Made by a program: the position numbers and the translations under genes. Below, piece by piece: positions 12,401-24,618 of a stretch of 64,000 nt of DNA. The notes beneath the pieces were generated by a model that was given only the letters and a program-made list of their open reading frames with translations, was not told the origin of the DNA and made no database searches. Each line of letters begins with the position of its first letter. The first letter of the stretch is position 1. Source of the stretch: Isurus oxyrinchus (lineage: Eukaryota); the NCBI GenBank assembly GCA_026770705.1, contig JANJGN010000034.1, positions 13,082,001 to 13,146,000 on the forward strand. The letters run 5' to 3'.

Positions 12401-15400
12401 TGTTACTCATGGTGTATAGTAGGGCATGAATGATATACATGAGATAAATGAGTTGAAGACCAATTTTCTGGCTCTAAATAGCAATGGGAAAGTCAAGATT
12501 GGAAGTACCGAGATAGAGGGACAATTTCAAGTACATTGACTTGATGATAAACACCAAAGTTATACCCAAGAATGCAATCCAGGTAGATTAGCTACAGCAA
12601 GAGGCATGAACAGTGATTTAAGTAGCCCCTGTAAATCCAAAAGCATCAGCATATAGCTGGAAAAGAAAATATCTGGTACGGTCAACAGCGTAGAGTGTTG
12701 CATCCATTGTATGTGAGATTTGGACTCTGTGGAAAGAGGATAAGAGGGGGATTAGGGATTTTGAAATGTGGGTTTGGCGGAGGATGCTCAGAATCAGCTG
12801 GATGGACAGGAAGGTCAAAGGGTGGCTTAGGTCAAGAGCAGAAGTTCAGGAATCAAAAGGGTTGCCAAGTACAGGCGGAGACAGAATGATGAGCAAGTAC
12901 AGAGATCGGAAACAAAGACGTGTCCTCAACTGAAGGAGGAATTGAAGGTAAAAAGAGAAGAGGAAGATGAAGAACTGAATGGGTGGATAGCACTGAGATG
13001 TGGATGGTGGAGGATTGAAGAAAACCAGTGAAGAAACTAGACAATGTCAGATAGCCCACTCAGGAGATGGTGATAACAAACGACTTATCATGGGCGACCA
13101 ATCCTATATTTTGACATTTCCCAAAGTCGCCCATAATGTAAATAATCTGAAAGATTTCTGGTACAGAACATCATACAACAGTACCACTCATCGCTGTTTG
13201 TTGAAGTCCTCCTGCATTTGGGGCCTTTCCCCAGGGCTGGGTTTATCAGCTCTTTTCCACCTGGGCTGCTTGGCCCATTCTACACACACTCCTGTATTGT
13301 GGTCAATATTTACCCCCATATTAAAGCCATTCAATCCCATCGCCCCCCCACTACCCCCATCATCTCATTCATAAATATTGCCTACATGATGATCTTACAC
13401 ACACTACATTTTCCCCTTCTCCATCTCTGCTAGCTTGGCAAGCAGAGGCAGATTCATTCTTAATGCTGTGTCTGGTCACTCACGATGTTCACTCTACCCA
13501 CCATGTCCTTAACTGACCCAAGGAAAAAATTACCCCAAGATACAAGTGGTTATTTTGGGTTTCAGTTGTATTTTGTAGGAAACACATTTCAAATGGCTCT
13601 CCAGGTTTTTAACACAATATATTTTTTTCACGAACCCAAATAGCGAGGCATAAAATTGGAAGTCTGTTGGTGTTCATTTGCGATCAGTTGGCCTTTCTGC
13701 ATCTCAAGTATGCAAAACTTATTACCACACTAGTTCAGCAAATGGCCTCTTGCTGCTCAGCCAATCTGTATCTACCGGCCCACGGGTCACAGATTCTCAG
13801 TTTGGCCTTTCTGAAGGCCGCTGAGGTACAGAGACAGTCAGTGAAGGTTCTTGTTAAACACCCTCGCATGACCACAGCTTTTTCACGAATGTTTTCCTTA
13901 AAGCAGAGACATGTAAACAAAACCCGTGCGGAGGGGCCTATTTCCAGTTCAACAACCAGATCACAAACTGTATGAAAGGATCTGAGCGATCCATGATCTA
14001 CACAGTTTTGAAAATATACACAATGCAATTCTTAATAAATGAAGCGCATATTTACCGTGACCAAGTGTAATTTGTTGCTGGGGGATTGGCTTTGGCCTCG
14101 CAATTGAGGGTAACATCCCTAGTGTTTTCACTCCAGTTGCCATCATAACCTGTTATGGTCACTTCTGGTGGATCTACAGAGGAAATTATTGTGATCATGT
14201 GGTCAGTACATCCAACACAGTAGAGAATCCACATTGGTGCATTTGTACAACAGGCCAGATTGGCAGGAAATGGTAGGTCAGTAGCTCTGGCCCGTCCACA
14301 TATTTAAAACAGTCTTTGCCTTTCATGTTAAGTGAATCACATGTCTTGTGTAAAGCAACGATAACCTCAAAGGAAAACCACCACAGTTTAACATGTCGCT
14401 TGAAAGTCGCTGCTTGCTCCGATAACCCATGATTCAGGCCATGAGGTTCATTCTGAACTGCAACTTCCGACTGCATTGATAGAGCAACTTCCACGTTGGA
14501 AAACACCCCACTCAGCCTAACCATCCAAAGTTGAAGTGACCCCGAATTGCTGCAAACAAGTCTTTACGCCCAGAAAATGATACAAGCTCTCTAACCTCCC
14601 GAAGAAAATGATCGCTTTTGAATTATTTAATATGTGCGGCTGGGGTTTACAAATGGGCGGCTTGTGAATCAACCACAACCGGTCACATTGAACCGGCCCA
14701 GCAATGCTGGAATCGCGGATATCCAGAAAATGTCAATTCAGCCAGTGAGGGAAGTTTAACACTTCTCTAGTTAGGGGAGGAGATTGCTGTCTCGTTACTC
14801 AACGGCAGCGCACTTTGAATTGGATTACATTATTTTTGTATTGATGAAAAAAGAGACGTGGAAGCTTTTTGTCTTCCACTCCTCAGGACACTTTACAAGA
14901 ATACTAAAATGAAGGGAAAACAATCTGTGTGTGTTTGTGTGTACAGGAAGCTACATATATTAATACACAGAGCCCAATCAGAGTCCGCTTGCCAACCAAC
15001 CAGCACTCTCTTCACATGCAGTATAAATCGTTGTTTTCTCCTTATATCGGTATTATAGTGAAGTGTCCTGATGAGTGCAAGGTGAAAAGCTTCAACGTGT
15101 CTCTTTTTTCTGCAATACTCAACTTCTGTCCTACCAAGCGACTATTGGAATTAATTGTCTTTGTATACGGAACTTACAGAGGATCAATAATTTTATCGTG
15201 TAAGTATCTGTGCTGTTTGATGCTGGGTGGGAGATAATACACGTCACTGTTTGACCATCATCATCGTCATTAGGTGCCATCTTGTACAGGCTGATAACAG
15301 TTGTTGTCCCGTTGTTGTTTTCAATCAGGGTTGTTGTATAGTTTCCATGGGAACCTGAAATCCACGTGATCTCGGCTGCTGGGTTCCCGTAGGTTGAAGT

Positions 15401-18400
15401 ACAATTTGCCACTGGCACTTCTGAATCAGCAGTCCGTGCGGGAACCGGGATCGCCCTGTTATTGGGAATTGCTTGGGGAGATAAACAAGAAATTAACTCA
15501 ACGTCTGTTTCAAATACGTCAGGAGCTTGCAATTAATCCGGAGCAAAAAAAATACAGAAACCAGATCCTGTCAATATTTACATGTCTCCATCAAATGGCC
15601 CAACTGCATCATGGATGATGTTACGGTTAAAGAGGGGACTGAGGTAAGAAAGTGAGGGACAAAGGCAATGGGGGAATGGAAGGAATGAGCAGGAATATAA
15701 GAAGTAAAGCGATTGGTCTCAGTTCAGTCACGTTATTGCTCTCAGTCAGATCCAACTTGTGCTTATGCCCTACATATGGTGCCAAAGGGATGGGTCTTGG
15801 ATGGGACTGGCACTGGCGACGGGTGTTGTGGGGGCAGCTGGGTGCGGAAGGACCAAAGGAAATGGTCGGAGTACTGGGTTTTGAGAGGGTGGGGTAGGTG
15901 GGTAGAAATGCAGCAACGTGTGAGAAACTGGCTTGGCCCTGGGCCCTGTCCCCATCTTTATGGGGGGAAGGGGGTGTCTTTGCGGCGATGGCAAACAAAA
16001 GGCTGGCGATGTTCCAGATTCAGGACTGAGAAAAATGGCCATGATCGAAACTGTATCATTGGCACTTGATCACCCAATCAGCAAGTGCCACAAGGACTGG
16101 CCTGTGCCGCTGGGAGGCGCAATTTGGGGGGCCTAGTGTGCGGCTGAAGGAAGTGTTGGAACCATGCTGGAGGGTAAGAGGTGGCACTGAAACCCAGGAC
16201 AGTGAAACCAATGCCTGTGACCTGCAGGTCAGACCAGGACTCAGAGGGGTGGATCTATGAATCGACCATGAAAGTGAGTGAAGGGGGATCGATTGTGGAC
16301 GGCGAGGAAGTGGGAGAGAGCCTCAAAGAGCTGCAGTGGGGTGAAGAATACAGGGAGGGGTACTGTATCTGACAGAGTGTGTGAAGTGACGCGGGATCAG
16401 TGCAACATGCTTGCGGTGTAGATCTGCTTCCCAAAGTTCCCCAGCGCTGGGGATGGGGATTTCTCTTGTCTCATGTCTGTACCTGTTAGAGATTAATTGG
16501 TACAGATTGATTGCTGACAGTCGTCAATGGCTCTGATATATTTGCAGAATGTGGCTATCAATAATGGGAGAAGACGAATATGATAAACTTTACTCGTTTG
16601 TGTCTGACACTCCCAACCTTCCCATAAATAAAAGCTTCACTCGCAACTGCTAAACAAACACTAAATATCTCAGTAATAGCTCTATGATAAAATAATGAAT
16701 CGGAGCTAGAATGTGACTAGGTTAAAGTGTTAGAATTACACAACAGTTTTGATGATAATTGCAGGGGTATTAAGTTTACACCCGGATGGACAACCCAAAA
16801 TTCAGCCCCTCCCCCTCTCTGCATGAACATCACATTAACCCACAGATGAATCTTCACGTGAACAATGCTCCATGTAGAATACACACCTAAAATCGTTAGA
16901 TTCATTAATTTCTCAACTATTCCCTGAGGGAATAGCGTGTACATGCACGTATACATTCCCTGATCCTCCATCTCCAGAGCCTTCAATAGAATTGATCCGT
17001 CCAGTAGTGAATGGTTTCTGAAAACGACCCGACTGGAGTAGTTTTCATCTCTGAATGTTATCCCGAATTTAGGATTATACACTACGAAGGCTTTATCCTC
17101 AGTGCTTTTTTCCCATTGGAGCTGTGTCAAATTTGAGTTGTTTAGTGATATCCGGCATGGAAGCAGTACCTCAGTCCCAACAAGAGCGGTAAGGGTCACA
17201 GCTGTAACGTGGTTACTGGTTGTAGCTGCAGGAACAACAATAATTGGCGGAGTTAGGAAACACATTAGAAGCTGATTTCTCCTCAATCCGAATCAGAGGC
17301 CCCCAAGGAACATTAAATCCTCAACAGGCATGTGTGAGGAGTAAGAAAGTGCAGCTACACCTGTCCGACAGCCTGCCCACAAGGCTCCGCCCGGGGGTGG
17401 GGGGGAAATCTGGTCCCTGGCGCTCGAGTTAAACGTGCGATATACCGTGGCTCGCCCATTCTCCGCTCGGCCCGATATTCAGCCGCATTGGGCACCAGCA
17501 GTACTGAATGTCAAGCAGAGCAACTGAATAGCGGCGCATGATCGAGGGGCTGAATGGCCTCCTCCCGTTCCGATGTTCCTTTTCATCTGCTAAATAAAGA
17601 ACTCATTTTTCCTTGGGCGATTTCGCTTTCATTAATATTTTTGGCTTTTGCATAAGACTCCTCAGATACTGAAGCCAACCATGTCCAAATGCAGCAAGAC
17701 TTGCGCAATATCCAGACAAGTGGAAAGTAACATTCACGCCACACAAGTGTCAGGCAATGACCATCTCCAACAAGAGAGAATCCAGCCATTTTCCCTTGAT
17801 GTTTAGTGGCATTACCATCACTGAATCCCCCACTGTCAACATCCTGGGTGTTACAATTGACCAGAAACTGTACTGGACTAGCTGGACATAAAGATACTGT
17901 GGCCACAAGAGCAATCCAGAGGCTAAGAATCATGCGATGATTAACTCACCTCCTGACTCCCCAAAGCCTGTCCACCATCTACAAGGCACATGTCAGGAGT
18001 GTGATGGAATATTCCCCACTTTCCTGGATGAGTGCAACTCCCACAACACTCAAGAAGCTTGACACCGTCCAGGACAAAGCTGCCCACTGATTGGCACCAC
18101 ACCCACAAACATTCACTCCCTCCATCATCAACGCACAGTAACAGCAGTGTGTGCCATCTACAAGATGCACAGCAGGAATACATCAAGGCTCCTTAGACAG
18201 CACCTTCTAAACCCACAACCACTTCCACCTAGAAGGACAGATAGATGGGAAGACCACCACCTGGAAATTCCCTTCCCAGCCACACACCATCCTGACTTGG
18301 AAATATATCGGCCGTTCCTTCACTGTCACTGGGTCAAAATCCTGGAGCTCCCCTTCTAACAGCACGGTGGGTGTACCTACACCACATGGACCACAGCGGT

Positions 18401-21400
18401 TCAAGGAGGTAACTCACCACCAACTTCTCAAGGTAAACTAGGGACGGGTAATAAATGCTGGGCCCAGCCAGTGAAGCCCACATCCTGTGAATGAATGAAA
18501 AAAAAAGCATTTGGTCCTATTTCAAAATGTTTCTCTGTCATTGTTCTGATTAATTTTCCAGTTCTTCATAAATCAGGAAATTTTTCTCAGCTTATCCCAA
18601 TGGCATTTTCAAGCACTTTTATCTGGTATCTGTATAGTTCTAGGTTACAGTTTTATTTCTATGAAGTGGTTATTTTACTAAGACTCTTTCTCACTGTCTT
18701 TTATTGGTGAGGAACAGAGAGCTTAAGTTGCACTTTATTGTATCCAATTCCTATTGTGGTACAACTGATAAAAGGTGCTCAAATACTAAAAAAGATGTAA
18801 ATCCAACAAATTGGGACAATTATAACTAAAATAACAAAGCCTAGTAAGGGGTGCAGGGAGGGCCTAGGAACAGAGCTAGGTTGGATATTAAATGACTAGT
18901 GGGGGAATCTGGGCCCCTTTTAAACATCTACACAATAGACTAAATAGACTTGCTAAATAAGTTTTCACAGTGGGGGAAGATGAAGTCTTTTTTATTTATT
19001 CATGGCATCACTGGCTGGGCCATCATTTATTGCCCTTGAGAACTGAGTGGCTTGTTAGGTCATTTCAGAGGGTAACTATATTAGACTCATCAGGCCAGGC
19101 CATTAGTGAACCTGATTAACAATCAATAGACTTTTAATTCCAGATTTTTCCTTTTCATTGAACATAAATGTTGCTGTGTGGTGGGATTTGAGCCCAGATT
19201 TCATGGGTATTGAGGTTACTAGGCCAGCGAAATACCACTACACCACCACCAAAGATACTTGAATTAGTGGATTCAATTTGCATTTAATGAATGGCAGTGC
19301 GGCAAGTCACAAGCAGTAAGGTGGGAAAATCTCAAGGGTCTGACACGTTCCTAGGGGGAAATTGAAGGTGACTTCTCTCACAATTTTTCAAAGCTTCGGG
19401 AATCCGGTCTCCCGGCCATTGGATATTTACAACCGTAATTGCAATGGAAAGGCAGCAGCGAGCAACACACGAGGGGACGAGGGATCTGTCAGTTGAATTT
19501 CGGTTGTAGGGAAGCGATTGGGATTTGTTATTAGGGACCGAGTGGGGGAGCAGCTGAACAAGGTTACACGGTTCAATGAGAGTGGGTGTGGGTCAGGCCT
19601 GACTGAACTGGTTGATTGTTGTTGAAGGGGGTCACGAACAATATGGGGAGAGAATATCTATGGCCTGCCAAGCACGTCCGCGATCTATCTGATAAATTCC
19701 ACATAATATCTCCACAAGATGAAACATCCTCCCAGTATTGACCTTATAAAGTCCCCATCAGGTTTTTATCTATTTCAATAAGATCACCTCTCATTCTTCT
19801 AAACTCTATTGGATATAGGCCCAACATGCTCAACATAGGCTAAGGAACTCACCAAGCCTCCTTCGACAGCACCTTTCAAACCCACGACCACTATCATCTA
19901 GAAGGACAAGTGCAGCAGGCACGTGAGAGATCCACCACCTGGAAGTTCCCCTCCAAGCCACTCACCATCCTGACTTGGAAATATATCGTCATTCCTTCAC
20001 TGTCGCTCGGTCCAAATCCTGGAACTCCCTCCCTAACAACGCTGTGGGTGTACCTACACCATAGGGGCTGCAGCGGTTCAAGAAGGCAGCTCACCACCAC
20101 CTTCTCAAGTGGCAATTAGGGATGGGCAACAAATTCTGGCCCAGCCGGCGATGCCCACATCCTATGAATGAGAGACAAGTCCCTCATCCCAGGAATGGCT
20201 AATTGAAGACTCTTAAATGAACCAGTGCGGGTATGACGGGCTGAATGGCCTCATTCTGCAGTGCATGTCCTCTGCAACCACCTCCATCCAGGTCGTTGGC
20301 AATGGTTAACTGCCTGGTGATCACATTTCTCTATTTGGGACCTGGACATTGTGCTACCAGTCACTAAGATATTGACCACATTTGCTGAGTCAGAAGTCGA
20401 CCTCGACAGTGCAAAATGTTGTTGAATGATGTTTCCACTGGGGTTTAGAAGAGTGAGAGGTGATTTGATTGAAGTATACAAGATCCTGAAGGGCCTTGAG
20501 AAGGTGGACTTGGAAAGGATGTTTCCTCTTGTGGGTGATTCCAGAACTAGGGGGCACCATTTTAAAATTAGGGGTCGCCCTTTTAGGACAGAGATGAGGA
20601 GAATTCATTTTCTCTTAGAGGGTTGTGCAACGTTGGAACTCTGCGTCAGAAAGCAGCGTCACTGAATATTTTTAAGGCAGAGGTAGATAGCTTCTTGTTA
20701 GGCAAGGGCATCAAAGGTTATTGGGGTAGGTGGGAATGTGGAACTCAAAACACAAACAGATCAGCCATGACTTTTTTTTATTTGTTCATGGAATGCAGGC
20801 ATTGTTGGCCAAGCCAGCATTTATTGGCCATCCTGAGTTGAGGGAGGGCATTTAAGAGTCAACCACATTGCTGTGGGTTTGGAGTCACATGAAGGCCAGA
20901 CTAGGTAAGCATGTTCCTTCCCTAAATGGAATTTTGTTTTTTTTAAACAGCAGTTAACAATGGTTTCATGGCCATCATTAGGATTTGAATTCCAGATCCC
21001 TATTGAATTCAAATTCCACCATCTCCTATACTAGGATTCAAATCCCAAGCCCCCAGAGCATTACCCTGGGTCTCTGGATGACTAGTCCCGCAAACAATAC
21101 CACTACTCCATTACCACTGCATTTTGTTGGATAGTGGAGCAGGCTCAAAGGGTCGAATGGCCTTTCCCTGCTCCTATTTTGTATGTTCCTCTGTACGATC
21201 GCTACCAATTCAATACATCCAGTTCGCAGGAGCCGGCGTCTGTATTTTCCCACCCAGCAGAGGCCCACTTGCATTTTACACTGAGATAAAAACAAAAAAC
21301 TGCAGATGCTGGAAATCCGAAACAAAAACAGAAACAGAAATACCTGGAAAAACTCAGCAGGTCTGGCAGCATCAGCGGAGAAGAGCAAAGTTGACATTTC

Positions 21401-24400
21401 GAGTCCTCATGACCCTTCAACAGAACTAAGTAAAAATAGGAAAGGGGTGAAATATAAGCTGGTTTAAGGGAGGGGGGGTGGGTTTTGTAGGGACAAGCAG
21501 CCAGTGATAGGTGGAGATAACCAAAAGATGTCACAGACAAAAGAACAAAGAGGTGTTGAAGGTGGTGATATTATCTAAAGGAATATGCTAATTTAAGAGT
21601 AGAAGACAGGACAGATAAGGTACAGATAGCTCTAGTGGGGGTGGGGGAATACTGAAAGGTAGAAATAAACAACAGGTGGAAATACATTTAAAAATAATGG
21701 AAATAGGTGGGAAAAGAAAAATCCATATAAATTATTGGAATAAACCCTCCACCCCTGCCTGTCCCTCTGTCCCCACCCCATCTTCCAATCCCAGCCCCGG
21801 CTGTGTATACACCATACCCCCTGATGTTCCCCTCTCCGACGTTGAACATTCAGTGCTCAGCAAAGGACTTAGTTTCATACCCTTACACCCTCATCTCAAT
21901 GAATTTCAGGCTCGGCACGATGCTGAACTCTTCTTCCGCCGTCTTTGTCTCCGGGCTCACTTTTTTGGGCAGGAGTCCTCTCCCCATTCAACGGATCCTT
22001 TTACCTAGCTCCAATATTCTCCCTCCACCTGGACCCCTCCCTCTGGATTCTTATCTTCTATTGATCTTATCATTGAGAACTGTCGGCGTGACATTGGTCA
22101 TCTCAATTTCTCTGCTCCTCTCACCCATTCTAACCTGTCCCTCTCTGAACTTACTGCACTCTGTTCTCTCAGGTCCAACCCTAACATTGTCATCAAACCC
22201 GCTGACAAGGGTGGTGCTGTTGTTGTCTGGCGCACTGACCTCTACCTCGCGGAGGCTGAGCATCAACTCGCAGACACTTCCTCCTACCTCTCCCTGGACC
22301 ATGACCCCACCACTGAACATCAAGCCATTGTTTCCAGAACTGTCACTGACCTCATCTCCTCTGGGGATCTTCCTCCCACAGCTTCCAACCTGATAGTCAC
22401 CCAACCTCGGAAGGCCCGCTTCTATCTCCTACCCAAAATCCACAAACAGAACTGTCCCGGAAGACCGATCGTCTCAGCTTGCTCCTGCCCCACAGAACTC
22501 ATTTCTCGTTATCTTGACTCCCTTCTCTCTCCCCTTGTCCAGTCCCTTCCTATCTACATCCATGATTCCTCTGACACCTCACATCACATCAACAATTTCC
22601 AGTTCCCTGGCCCCAACCGTCTCCTCTTCACCATGGACGTCCAATCCCTCTACACCTCCATCCCCCACCAGGATGGTCTGAGGGCCCTTAGCTTCTTCCT
22701 CAAACAGAGGCCCGAACAATCCCCATCCACCACTACTCTCCTCCGTCTGGCTGAACTTGTTCTCACACTGAACAATTTCTCCTTTAACTCCTCTCACTTC
22801 CTCCAAATAAAAGGTGTGGCTACGGGTACCCGCATGGGCCCCAGCTATGCCTGTCCCTTTATGGGGTATGTGGAACATTCCTTGTTCCAGTCCTACTCTG
22901 GCCCCCTCCCACAACTCTTTCTCCAGTACATCGATGATTACTTTGGGGTGTTGCTTCATGGTCTCGTCTGGGCCTGGAAAAATTTATTAATTTTGCTTCC
23001 AATCTCCACCCCTCCATCATTTTCACATGGTCCATCTCTGACACTTCCCTTCCATTCCTTGACCTCTCTGTCTCAATTTCTGGTGATAGACTGTCCACCA
23101 ATATCCATTACAAACCCACCGACTCCCACAGCTACCTCGACTACAGCTCCTCACACCCCGCTTCCTGTAAGGACTCCATCCCATTCTCTCAGTTCCTTTG
23201 CCTCCGTCGCATCTGCTCCGATGATGCTACCTTCAAAAACAGTTCCTCTGACATGTCCTCCTTCTTTCTTAACCGAGGTTTTCCACCCACGGTGGTTGAC
23301 AGGGCCCTCAACCGTGTCCGGCCCATCTCCCATGTATCCGCCCTCACGCCTTCTCCTCCCTCCCAGAAACATGATAGGGTCCCCCTTGTCCTCACTTATC
23401 ACCCCACCAGCCTCCGCATTCAAAGGATCATCCTCCACCATTTCCGCCAACTCTAGCATGATGCCACCACCAAACACATCTCCCCTTCAACCCCCCTGCA
23501 GCATTCCGTAGGGATCATTCGCTCCGTGACACCCTGGTCCACTCCTCCATCACCCCCTACTCCTCAACCCCCTCCCACGGCACCTCCCATTGCAAACGCA
23601 GAAGATGCAACACCTGCCCCTTCACTTCCTCTCTCCTCACTGTCCAAGGGCCCAAACATTCCTTTCAAGTGAAGCAGTATTTCACTTGCACTTCCCTCAA
23701 CTTAGTCTACTGCATTCGTTGCTCCCAATGTGGTCTCCTCTACACTGGAGAGACCAAACGCAGACTGGGTGACCGCTTTGCAGAACACCTTCGTTCTGTC
23801 CACAAGCATGACCCAGATCTCCCTGTCGCTTGCCATTTTAACACTCCACCCTGCTCTCTTGCCCACATGTCTGTCCTTGGCCTGCTGCATTGTTCCAGTG
23901 AAGCCCAACGCAAACTGGAGGAACAGCACCTCATCTTCCGACTAGGCACTTTACAGCCTTCCGGACTGAATATTGAGTTCAACAACTTTAGATCATGAAC
24001 TCTCTCTCCTCCATCCCCACCCTCCTCCTGTTTCTTCACCCTCCTTTTTGTTTTTTCCAATAATTTATATAGATTTTTCTTTTCCCACCTAATTCCATTA
24101 TTTTTAAATGTATTTTCACCTATTGTTTATTTCTACCTTTTAGTATTCCCCCACCCCCACTAGAGCTATCTGTACCTTATCTGTCCTGTCTTCTACTCTG
24201 AATTAGCACATTCCTTTAGATAATATCACCACCTTCAACACCTCTTTGTTCTTTTGTCTGTGACTGCTTTTGGTTATCTCCACCTATCACTGTCTGCTTG
24301 TCCCAACAATCCCCCCCACCCCCTCTTAAACCAGCTTATATTTCACCCCTCTCCTATTTTTACTTAGTTCTGTTGAAGGGTCATGAGGACTCGAAACGTC

Positions 24401-24618
24401 AACTGTGCTCTTTTCTGCCGATGCTGCCAGACCTGCTGAGTTTTTCCAGGTATTTCTGTTTCTGTTTTTGTTTTGCATTTTACCCTCTTTGGAGCAAGAG
24501 GGAAGCGGGAACGTTTCTTGAAAAATGCATCAAATGCAACATTCATATAGCAAATGTGAACCTTACCAGACAGGAGAAGAGCAATGCACGCAGTAGAAAT
24601 CCACGCCAGCTGAGTCAT
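6362..24618 (-). CDS. Gene A: nectin/PVR-like V-C-C Ig receptor with ITIM+ITSM tail (inhibitory), 8 coding exons, about 400 aa
   Basis: join(complement) 24567-24618, 16887-17225, 15178-15471, 14056-14173, 12127-12275, 10586-10690, 9627-9655, 6362-6478 = 1203 nt. All introns are GT-AG with compatible phases (1,1,1,2,1,1,0) and the frame is open to TAA. Nectin/PVR hallmarks are YPPEVTITGYDGNW and a third Ig domain split by a phase-2 intron. Confidence 0.88.
6605..7275 (+). mobile_element. L2/CR1-clade LINE 3' end with (TGAA)n tail (shark HER1-like)
   Basis: MEYSPLAWM.AAPTTLKKLD; tail ggcaataaatgctgg...cccacatcccgtgaatgaatgaa. Further copies at about 11275-11800, 17658-18500, 19845-20170, 33960-34285, 37100-37752(-), 50780-51005, 63255-63690. 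Confidence 0.82.
8236..9603. repeat. Minisatellite, 32-bp unit gagttagtgcaaacactgcatttaacatRccc with 23-bp deletion variants
   Basis: Direct tandem array of roughly 40-50 units with no spacers. Confidence 0.95.
9627..9655 (-). CDS. Gene A exon 7, 29-bp cytoplasmic exon (ERCVNTSQTQ)
   Basis: Pyrimidine tract + gcatag| acceptor and CAG|gtatgt donor; supplies the required phase 1->0 change. Confidence 0.72.
10025..10370 (+). mobile_element. tRNA-derived SINE (shark HE1-like)
   Basis: B-box-like ggtttgaatcc and a LINE-shared 3' tail; related copies at about 20780-21110(-), 27118-27470, 33545-33915, 35950-36270(-). Confidence 0.75.
10586..10690 (-). CDS. Gene A exon 6, transmembrane (uncharged core)
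   Basis: GKPEFLYMIKIVAPVVGVVLIVLTVALIWRKRRTQ; ccgtag| acceptor, CAAG|gtaatg donor. Confidence 0.88.
12127..12275 (-). CDS. Gene A exon 5, third Ig domain second half
   Basis: LPEGL...NGTWICEAANSIGTGKG; ccccag| acceptor, AAAG|gtaggt donor. Confidence 0.9.
14056..14173 (-). CDS. Gene A exon 4, third Ig domain first half
   Basis: YPPEVTITGYDGNW...LNCEAKANPPATNYTWSR; ctgtag| acceptor, CG|gtaaat phase-2 donor. Confidence 0.92.
14847..15109. mobile_element. About 260-bp TIR element with hammerhead-like cores in both TIRs (copy at 42848-43110)
   Basis: tgtcCTGATGAGtgcaaggtGAAAagctTCaac at 15064-15096 and an inverted copy at 14856-14892. Confidence 0.7.
15178..15471 (-). CDS. Gene A exon 3, second Ig (C-type) domain
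   Basis: ccaag|CA acceptor, T|gtaagt donor; VANCTS.YGNPAAEITW...DGQTVTCIISHP resembles nectin D2. Confidence 0.92.
16887..17225 (-). CDS. Gene A exon 2, IgV domain
   Basis: ctgcag|CT acceptor and TTAG|gtgtgt donor; LPC...W...DQGMYTC IgV motifs; LFPQG in the FG loop. Confidence 0.93.
17658..18500 (+). mobile_element. LINE fragment at the inner end of the left arm
   Basis: Same junction as 37100-37752(-) in the right arm, but more diverged than the arms themselves. Confidence 0.82.
21288..24475 (+). mobile_element. Penelope-like element with an inverted 3' end (pLTR) copy at its 5' side
   Basis: 21742-24475 encodes RT+GIY-YIG with stops and frameshifts; 21288-21741 is the reverse complement of about 24055-24475. 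Confidence 0.92.
24366..24404 (+). ncRNA. Minimal type I hammerhead ribozyme-like motif in the Penelope 3' end
   Basis: agtt-CUGUUGA-a-gggtc/gactc-GAAA-cg-UC-aact; copies at 999-1037(-), 21389-21427(-), 28026-28064(-), 41667-41705(+), 46472-46510(-). Confidence 0.65.
24567..24618 (-). CDS. Gene A exon 1, signal peptide MTQLAWISTACIALLLS
   Basis: ATG, hydrophobic leader, phase-1 donor TCTG|gtaagg; clearly similar to the gene B leader. Confidence 0.8.

Larger units (their letters stand above)
10692..17720 (-). repeat. Left arm of the inverted segmental duplication (ectodomain exons and introns of gene A)
   Basis: Reverse-complement match to about 37700-47797; the ORF track is mirrored on the opposite strand. 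Confidence 0.95.

Noticed and set aside
16717-17286. 189-aa single-exon ORFs (also 38124-38693) as standalone proteins
   Set aside because: They are the V exon plus intron read-through on both sides; strong splice sites lie inside.
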